From: a virus
Lineage: Duplodnaviria; Caudoviricetes
IMG/VR virus record: IMGVR_UViG_3300025131_000398
Location: 1 to 24,788 of that record
DNA: 24,788 bases
Reading direction: 5' to 3' (one strand)
Shown piece by piece: positions 1 to 5,658 of the stretch (its first letter is position 1; the number at the start of each line of letters is the position of its first letter). The translations under genes and the position numbers were made by a program. The notes beneath the pieces were generated by a model that did no database searches, was not told the DNA's origin, and saw only the letters and a program-made list of their open reading frames with translations.

Positions 1-1
1 C

Positions 2-151
2 CACGCAATCAAACCCGGAGACATCATCAACGGCGTGGCGGTTTTCGACCTCGCACGCAGAGGCTTCGGCATGACGTGGTATATCCCGATGGCTGATGGC
101 GGCCGTATCACCGTTAGCAACCTCGACGAACTCATTACCGTTGACGCCTAA
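2..151 (+). CDS. 3' end of a hypothetical phage protein (truncated by window start)
   Basis: Open frame HAIKPGDIINGVAVFDLARRGFGMTWYIPMADGGRITVSNLDELITVDA ending in TAA at 149-151, directly followed by the RBS of the next gene; not in the ORF track. Confidence 0.6.
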   Translation, partial: HAIKPGDIINGVAVFDLARRGFGMTWYIPMADGGRITVSNLDELITVDA

Positions 152-172
152 TACCACCGAACAGGAGACACC

Positions 173-493
173 ATGACCCCTTCCACCTTCCTCGATGCCA
201 CAGCGCTCGCTATGGCTGACATGCAACAGCGCTTCCCAGGCTTGACCATCGACTTTGATAGCGTGATGGTTCACGCGCTGGACCGGCGAGCCCTCAATAG
301 GCTCCACGTTGTCATCACGATTGATGGCGAGATATTTGGCGAGATGTTCTCAGGCGTGGAGGTTGAGACGATGCAAACAAGTCGCGCCACCACTCACACG
401 AGTATCCACGAGATCGGAGATCACACCGTGAAATACAAAACTCAGATCTTCCGCAAAGACGAACCAATCACCATCACCACAACCACCCTCTGA
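173..493 (+). CDS. Hypothetical protein, 106 aa
   Basis: AGGAGA Shine-Dalgarno at 163-168; co-oriented with the early genes; no recognisable motif. Confidence 0.7.
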   Translation: MTPSTFLDATALAMADMQQRFPGLTIDFDSVMVHALDRRALNRLHVVITIDGEIFGEMFSGVEVETMQTSRATTHTSIHEIGDHTVKYKTQIFRKDEPITITTTTL

Positions 494-504
494 CCGGAGA
501 ACCC

Positions 505-1248
505 ATGACCACCGACGAAGACAAACTCAACACATGGTGGGCTGCCCAAGTGCAAGCCGCCAGAACCACCAACGTCCATTGGGACGGGGATGTTGCCGCG
601 CTGGTTGCCGCCATAGCCAAGGCTCAAGCCGCTATGCCTGCTGCCACCAAGACCGCAGATAACCCGCACTTCAAATCGAAGTATGCCGACCTTGGCTCTG
701 TGCTTGAGTGCATCCTGCCAGCGCTGACCAACGAGGGATGCGCCTTGATGCAGTTCCCAGGCTGGGACCACGAGCGCGGATTGGTCACCATGACCACAGT
801 AGTTGCTGGACATGGCGGCAGCGTCACCAGTACTGCTGCCTCCTCACTTGGGCGCGGGTCTGGACCTCAAGCGGTAGGCTCAGCCATCACGTACCTACGG
901 CGATATGCCGCTCAGTCGATTCTCTCCCTGCCTGCCGCCGATGACGATGGCAACGAAGCGCAGCTCTCGGGTTCAATCCAACGCTCTACCCCGTTCGCTC
1001 CGGCGCCAGCCAGAACGCCATCAGCGCCCACCAATGGACCGGGATGCCCTGAGTGCGGCGGCGCCATGTGGGACAACCGCGAGTCCAGGTCTGGCAGACA
1101 GCCCGACTACAAGTGCAGGAAGGGGCGCGAGTGCAATGGCGCTATCTGGCTCACCGATGACGAGCGTGCGGCGTTCAAGGGACAGATGGACAATGTGGCC
1201 GACTTCAACCGGCCAGATCGTGATGACTACCAGGGAGGGCCATTCTAA
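505..1248 (+). CDS. erf: ERF-family ssDNA-annealing recombinase with C-terminal Zn-ribbon/PDF-like domain
   Basis: ERF hallmarks: AIAKAQ...K.A.NPHFKSKYADL and PQAVGSAITYLRRYA.QSILSL...DDDGN; C-terminal CPECGGAMWDNR...PDYKC...C; GGAGA RBS. Confidence 0.9.
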   Translation: MTTDEDKLNTWWAAQVQAARTTNVHWDGDVAALVAAIAKAQAAMPAATKTADNPHFKSKYADLGSVLECILPALTNEGCALMQFPGWDHERGLVTMTTVVAGHGGSVTSTAASSLGRGSGPQAVGSAITYLRRYAAQSILSLPAADDDGNEAQLSGSIQRSTPFAPAPARTPSAPTNGPGCPECGGAMWDNRESRSGRQPDYKCRKGRECNGAIWLTDDERAAFKGQMDNVADFNRPDRDDYQGGPF

Positions 1249-1745
1249 TGAATACCTTTGAACTGCTGACCGCTGCCGGGCACATCCTCGGAGACATCGA
1301 GGACGAGAACGGGGAGATCACCGAGGCCACCCTCGCCACCGTGAGTGAATGGATTGATGCCGCAGAAGACAAGCTGGGCAGAATCCGAGCTGTCATCACC
1401 CGCACCAAGAACGAGCAGGCTCTGCTCCGAGAGGAGGAGGTACGTTTGGCTGACCGGCGTAGGCGCCTGGATGCCGTGCTGCACCGGGTGACCGACCTTG
1501 CCACCTCACTGCTTCAGGCTCAAGAAGCCCTGGGCAATGAGCCCAAGGTCAAGACGGACACATACACCGTGTCGCTGTCTCGCAGTCAGAGCGTCCACGT
1601 TGACCACCTGGGCGCCGTGGCCAATGATTGGCTCATCCATCCAGAGCCCAAGGTGGACAAGGCAGGAGCCCGGAAGGCCATGCTTGCCGGTGAGGAGATC
1701 CGTGGCCTGTCCCTCAAGCCCTCCTACTCGCTGAGGTGGAAGTGA
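1248..1745 (+). CDS. Siphovirus Gp157-like protein
   Basis: Acidic N-terminus (GEITE), coiled coil (EEEVRLADRRRRL), C-terminal EPKVDKAGARKAMLAGEEIRGLSL...SLRWK typical of Gp157; coupled to ERF by a TAATG overlap. Confidence 0.85.
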   Translation: MNTFELLTAAGHILGDIEDENGEITEATLATVSEWIDAAEDKLGRIRAVITRTKNEQALLREEEVRLADRRRRLDAVLHRVTDLATSLLQAQEALGNEPKVKTDTYTVSLSRSQSVHVDHLGAVANDWLIHPEPKVDKAGARKAMLAGEEIRGLSLKPSYSLRWK

Positions 1746-1912
1746 TGCAGATGCCTGACGGATACGACGACTGGAAGCTGGCCAGCCCAGAAGATGACGC
1801 GCCCTACCTCATCGAGTGTGAGACGTGTGAACTGATGGTGCCAGAGGATGAGGCCATCCAGATCAACGATGGGGACTGGCACCCTCTGGTATGCAGGGAG
1901 TGTGCAGGATGA
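1745..1912 (+). CDS. Small zinc-finger protein, 55 aa (missed by ORF track)
   Basis: MQMPDGYDDWKLASPEDDAPYLIECETCELMVPEDEAIQINDGDWHPLVCRECAG; two CxxC pairs; TGATG overlap upstream and ATGA overlap downstream. Confidence 0.8.
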   Translation: MQMPDGYDDWKLASPEDDAPYLIECETCELMVPEDEAIQINDGDWHPLVCRECAG

Positions 1913-2100
1913 CTCGATGCCCAAGCCAAGACTGGGATGACCATTGCACCTTCAATGATGGCGACGATACTAAGTGTTTCCATTGTTCCAAGGATCTCCC
2001 CGAAGGCGATCCAGATCCAGAGAACACTGGAGCCTCTCCCTGGTGGGATGGCTTCTGCTCAGAAGACTGTCGAACCGAAAGCAAGAAGGATGGACGATGA
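1909..2100 (+). CDS. Small Cys-rich protein, 63 aa (CxxC...FCSxxC metal-binding type)
   Basis: Start reassigned to ATG 1909 (ATGA overlap); CFHC...FCSEDC motif. Confidence 0.7.
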   Translation: MTRCPSQDWDDHCTFNDGDDTKCFHCSKDLPEGDPDPENTGASPWWDGFCSEDCRTESKKDGR

Positions 2101-2429
2101 AAGCTCAACTCCGCCCCACTATCTGGCTCGACCGCGATGGGTCACCACTGGACGAGCTACGCGCTGGCGTTGAGCGCATGGTCAACCTGCACTGCGAGAC
2201 ACCACAGAAGCAGGTGGCCTTGTGCCGGGTCTTTGTCTGCCGCCAGCTACAGCGCATCCACAAGCACCCGATCCGCTTTCAGTTCCGGCGCGTGTTCCGA
2301 GAGAATACCCTGACCCAACTTGGTCTATGGCAGGCGGCCCACGTGCAGCTCACAGGGCGAATCTACGAGCCTGATGATGAGGCTATCGCTGAGCTTGCGG
2401 CGCTGTGTAGGGAGGCCATATCAAAATAG
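2097..2429 (+). CDS. Hypothetical protein, 110 aa
   Basis: Start reassigned to ATG 2097 (ATGA overlap with the previous stop; GAAGGA upstream): MKAQLRPTIWLDRDG... Confidence 0.7.
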   Translation: MKAQLRPTIWLDRDGSPLDELRAGVERMVNLHCETPQKQVALCRVFVCRQLQRIHKHPIRFQFRRVFRENTLTQLGLWQAAHVQLTGRIYEPDDEAIAELAALCREAISK

Positions 2430-2432
2430 TTG

Positions 2433-2460
2433 TTGACTTACCCTGTGGGTATGATACAAC
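2433..2460 (+). promoter_or_regulatory. Putative sigma70-type promoter with a dyad in the spacer
   Basis: TTGACT (2433-2438), 16 nt, TACAAC (2455-2460) preceded by TGn; TACCC-tgt-GGGTA inverted repeat at 2439-2451; lies in an intergenic gap. Confidence 0.55.
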
Positions 2461-2488
2461 GGAGTAGTAACCACCGAGGAAAACCACC

Positions 2489-2881
2489 ATGGCAATGACG
2501 ATGAGACTTCACGAAAGAGACTTGTTGGCAATCAGAGAGCAGGTCTATCAGGATTGGAACCACTCACTCAAGCAGAGCTACGAGCGCGGGCCGGTTGGGT
2601 GGGGTCCACAATATGAGACATACAGGAGTTGGTCCACAAGGTCACGGGATGGGCATTCACAGCCGTCTCCGTGGATTTTGGTTTCCATCACCAAGGCAAT
2701 CGGTGACGATAGATACTATGCGATGACCACAGCGCAACTCGAAAAAGCGATCTTATGGTCAAACAACTACGTCAAGAATACTTTTCTCAAAATGAGAAGA
2801 CTGGGTTTCTTGAATGAGTATCAAGAAGACTTTCTCGCTTGGGTTCTCAATGGCGGCTACGACGGCCAAGCCAACAAATAA
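2489..2881 (+). CDS. Hypothetical protein, 130 aa, lower GC
   Basis: GAGGA RBS; follows the putative promoter; AT-richer than its surroundings (20/60 G+C in 2761-2820). Confidence 0.75.
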   Translation: MAMTMRLHERDLLAIREQVYQDWNHSLKQSYERGPVGWGPQYETYRSWSTRSRDGHSQPSPWILVSITKAIGDDRYYAMTTAQLEKAILWSNNYVKNTFLKMRRLGFLNEYQEDFLAWVLNGGYDGQANK

Positions 2882-2905
2882 ACCACCAACCACCAAGGAG
2901 CCACC

Positions 2906-3127
2906 ATGAACACCCACGATATGCTTAAGACCATCGCCCGCGAATATCGCGCCACCATCGAGGCGGACGGCGGGAGTGCCAATCTGGCAGGCCTGCGGGT
3001 CCGATGGACACCACGCACCCACGATGATGGCTACCGCCTCTTCACTCTCCACCGCGACGGGGAGATCGTCGCGACTGGTGACATCGAAGACTACGGCGCA
3101 TTCTGCAACATCTGCCCCCAATCCTAA
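2906..3127 (+). CDS. Hypothetical protein, 73 aa
   Basis: AAGGAG RBS at 2895-2900. Confidence 0.75.
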   Translation: MNTHDMLKTIAREYRATIEADGGSANLAGLRVRWTPRTHDDGYRLFTLHRDGEIVATGDIEDYGAFCNICPQS

Positions 3128-3168
3128 ACCACTCAGGGCTGGGCATCCCTACTGCCCAAGGAGACCCC

Positions 3169-3270
3169 ATGACCCAGCTCATTGACAGCGCCATAGCCGT
3201 CGCCTTCATCGCTGCCAGCCTCGTCTTCATGATGGGGCTGGAGAGCCTGACGATGTGGCTAGTGCGATAA
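3169..3270 (+). CDS. Small single-TM hydrophobic peptide, 33 aa (missed by ORF track)
   Basis: MTQLIDSAIAVAFIAASLVFMMGLESLTMWLVR; AAGGAGA RBS at 3158-3164. Confidence 0.7.
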   Translation: MTQLIDSAIAVAFIAASLVFMMGLESLTMWLVR

Positions 3271-3277
3271 AGGAATA

Positions 3278-3336
3278 GGGCGCCGGTTGGGGTAAGGACA
3301 AACCCCACGGCTCAGCAGGAAACCTGACCGGCGCCC
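3278..3336. other. Three-way-junction structure between the convergent early and late blocks (terminator or ncRNA candidate)
   Basis: Perfect 10-bp outer stem GGGCGCCGGT/ACCGGCGCCC enclosing a TGGGGT/ACCCCA hairpin and a CAGG/CCTG hairpin; no poly-U tract. Confidence 0.6.
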
Positions 3337-3340
3337 AAAC

Positions 3341-3565
3341 CTATCTGGCCTTGTTGATCACCAGATCAACCACGATGTCCACCAGCACCCCGAGCACTCG
3401 CGCCTCGAGATTCTCATTGATGCCGGGCAGGTTGATCTTGTCATTCAAGAACTCGATCACCCATTGGCGCTTCTTGTTCCCAGCCCCTGACTCAGGGAAT
3501 AGCTCCTCAGCCATCTCGACTGCCTTGGCCGCGAGCTTGCCTATGCGGTGATGGCGGCGTCTCAT
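3341..3565 (-). CDS. Lysis-cassette protein resembling the soluble part of LL-H-type holins
   Basis: AVEMAEELFPESGAGNKKRQWVIEFL...INLPGINE.LE pattern; last gene of the late operon; ATGA overlap. Confidence 0.55.
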   Translation of the reverse strand: MRRRHHRIGKLAAKAVEMAEELFPESGAGNKKRQWVIEFLNDKINLPGINENLEARVLGVLVDIVVDLVINKAR

Positions 3566-3807
3566 TCGCTCGCGTCCGTGGCCGGTTCTTCTGCCTTGCT
3601 GGGCTCAGGTGCCTCCTCGGCGGCGTCTGCCTCAGCCTCCGCCTTAGCGGGTGCGGCTTCTTCTGCGGGCGCTTCTACGGCCTCCTCCGCGCTTGGCAGC
3701 TCAGGCTGGAACTGGCAGGTTCCAAAGATGGACGACACCACCACGGCACCTCCAACGAAACCGACCTTCAGTTTGTGCGCTTCTGCAAGCTCTTTGATTT
3801 TGCTCAT
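3562..3807 (-). CDS. Membrane-anchored Ala/Glu/Pro-rich protein in the lysis cassette
   Basis: Hydrophobic stretch VGFVGGAVVVSSIFGTC followed by an acidic low-complexity tail; GAGGAG RBS; ATGA overlap with the endolysin. Confidence 0.7.
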   Translation of the reverse strand: MSKIKELAEAHKLKVGFVGGAVVVSSIFGTCQFQPELPSAEEAVEAPAEEAAPAKAEAEADAAEEAPEPSKAEEPATDASE

Positions 3808-4598
3808 GACATCTCCTCCTCTGTAATCAATGTGTAGGTAAATACCTCGGCCCCACTGGCCTCGCAGATGTCCATGGCCTCAGCCCAGTCTGACTTCCTG
3901 GAGAACACCTGACAGCCAGCCGACCAGCGGCCCACTATGGTCGAGTCCTCCCCGGCGTGATGGATGTTGATCCCGTACCAGCCCTCTGTGATTGAGTCGT
4001 GGTTCAAATCCAGTATGGTATCCCCATCATCGTCTCTGAAGCACTGCACAGTGCCTGCTCTCTGGCAGAGCGTGCGGTAGCCCACGCGCCCCTGGTGGTT
4101 GTCGAACTTGTACACCGGCCAGGAGCCAGGACACAGGATCGCAGTCCCACCGCTGGGGCCATGCTCCAGCCATGGAATGCCTGGGTCAGTGGTCGCCGGG
4201 TAGGTCCGATGGGACCACAACCCATCCTTCACCCAGGCGAGGTGGATATGGTCGTCAAACTTCCCTGCCTCTGTAGTAGCCGAGCGCACGCCTATTAGGT
4301 TGATTTGCCCGTCCATGTGCATCGGGTGGCCGAGGCGCTCACATGCCAGGACCACAGCCGGATACTTGGCCGAGGGCTTGTCATCGCTCATGGCCTCACG
4401 CCTGCCCAGGGCGGCGAGGGTGCGCGGGCCTACCACGCCATCAACCGCGAGCTTCTCCACGCCTTGGAACAGGCGAACGGCTGTCTGGGTGGCCGGGCCG
4501 AAGATACCGTCTGCCACCAGCGAGCCATAGCCCGCAGCGTTCAGCCGCTTCTGCAAGTCACGCACACCCGGACCACGGGCGCCGATGCGGATAATCAT
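3804..4598 (-). CDS. Endolysin: N-terminal peptidoglycan-binding domain plus a His/Cys (YkuD-like) catalytic domain
   Basis: PG_binding_1 signature (G..V..LQ.RL...GY....DGIFGPAT..AV..FQ....L.VDGVVGP.T..AL); C-terminal GINIHHAG...WSAGCQV. Confidence 0.85.
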   Translation of the reverse strand: MIIRIGARGPGVRDLQKRLNAAGYGSLVADGIFGPATQTAVRLFQGVEKLAVDGVVGPRTLAALGRREAMSDDKPSAKYPAVVLACERLGHPMHMDGQINLIGVRSATTEAGKFDDHIHLAWVKDGLWSHRTYPATTDPGIPWLEHGPSGGTAILCPGSWPVYKFDNHQGRVGYRTLCQRAGTVQCFRDDDGDTILDLNHDSITEGWYGINIHHAGEDSTIVGRWSAGCQVFSRKSDWAEAMDICEASGAEVFTYTLITEEEMS

Positions 4599-4876
4599 AC
4601 ATCCACCTTCTCGGAGATGTGGTCAAGCTTGCCGGAGATGTCGACCATTAGCCCGTCAATGCGGGCGTCGTACTTGGTGATCACTTCGTCGTATCGGTCG
4701 CGTATCTTGTCGAACCCTTCCTCGCGCTCCTTCTCGATGGTGGCCAGCGTTTCAAGCAGGCGATTGACGTACTCGTCAAGGCGCTTTGACTGCTCCCGAT
4801 GGCTGAAGATCAAGAATCCCAGGAACAGTCCTGTAATTCCTAAATCGAGAAGGTGGGCTATGAACTCCGATTCCAT
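4595..4876 (-). CDS. Holin-like protein (BhlA/UviB-like, one N-terminal TM)
   Basis: LGITGLFLGFLIF TM segment then a charged coiled coil; immediately upstream of the endolysin. Confidence 0.65.
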   Translation of the reverse strand: MESEFIAHLLDLGITGLFLGFLIFSHREQSKRLDEYVNRLLETLATIEKEREEGFDKIRDRYDEVITKYDARIDGLMVDISGKLDHISEKVDV

Positions 4877-4879
4877 CAG

Positions 4880-5152
4880 TCAGTCACACCGTGCGCCAGT
4901 TGCCTGACAGATGGCCGCGATGCTGCGCCCCTGGGCAGTGACATCATCACGAAGCGCACGCTGCTCAGTCATCACCGTCTCGATGCGCTCAAGCCCAACC
5001 GGGTGCCCGGCCTCGTCCTCGTGAATCTCGATCTTGGCGTGAGCATCTGAGGCGATGTCATGGGCTCCGAGCATCTGCGCGGCGATGCCACCAGCACCGA
5101 ACAAAACAGCCGATGCCCACAGCCCAATCTTAACCAGCGTGTCTGCGTTCAT
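4880..5152 (-). CDS. Membrane protein, 90 aa, lysis cassette
   Basis: Probable start ATG 5152 after GGGGG; N-terminal TM (IGLWASAVLFGAGGIAA), coiled coil, C-terminal C-x6-C. Confidence 0.65.
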   Translation of the reverse strand: MNADTLVKIGLWASAVLFGAGGIAAQMLGAHDIASDAHAKIEIHEDEAGHPVGLERIETVMTEQRALRDDVTAQGRSIAAICQATGARCD

Positions 5153-5250
5153 GATTACCCCCATGACAGATCAGAAGGACCGGCGCCCGGCGATGTCCTG
5201 CACCAGCACGGACACCCATCCGTGCTTCTTTGGTGTTGAGAAGCCCATGC

Positions 5251-5649
5251 CTACCACCCCGCCGCAGGCGAAGCGCCGGTCAGGTAGTACAGCGTCGTGA
5301 CGCTGTTGTCAGAACCAGAATCGCAGACTGACCGGTGAAACATCGATCCAGTAGGCGCGACATATGGTGCGCCTGGACCGCCCGCGATGTTGTCAATGGT
5401 CGCGGCAGGCGTGGCATTCTCCACGATGATGGACACGGCAGCGGCGCTTGGGTTTGCAGCGTTGCCCAGGATGGGATCCACTGTGGTTCCAGACCCAGCA
5501 GTGAGCGTGGCCTTCTGACGCAGGAGACGACCACGCAGCGGCACGCCCGTAATGGTCGCCTCCGTGGCTGCGCCTGCTTCCAGTTCGACGATTTGAACGA
5601 CAAAGTCATTGCCTTTGCGGCTGACGGTTACGGTTGCGGAATAGGCCAT
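5251..5649 (-). CDS. Putative virion structural protein, 132 aa
   Basis: AGGAG RBS; Ala/Thr/Val/Gly-rich beta-type composition; at the end of the tail module. Confidence 0.7.
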   Translation of the reverse strand: MAYSATVTVSRKGNDFVVQIVELEAGAATEATITGVPLRGRLLRQKATLTAGSGTTVDPILGNAANPSAAAVSIIVENATPAATIDNIAGGPGAPYVAPTGSMFHRSVCDSGSDNSVTTLYYLTGASPAAGW

Positions 5650-5658
5650 GTTGGCTCC

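Noticed and set aside
153-2894. ACCACC boxes as Chi sites or CRISPR-like repeats
   Set aside because: They lack the full CCACCAGC, are only 6 bp long and are irregularly spaced between real genes
2900-2908. Perfect Kozak sequence GCCACCATG
   Set aside because: It follows a bacterial AAGGAG SD in a phage context; best explained as a variant of the local ACCACC box
3278-3336. Hammerhead ribozyme on the minus strand
   Set aside because: GUC and CUGAG are present in the right order, but the core reads CUGAGCC rather than CUGANGA and there is no GAAA after stem II
3700-3760. Lipoprotein (o-spanin) signal in the 81-aa protein
   Set aside because: FGTC is not a canonical lipobox and the tail is acidic low-complexity; not supportable without SignalP
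4873-4886. TGACTGACTGA, stops in all three frames
   Set aside because: Short tetranucleotide repeat at a gene junction; no evidence of function
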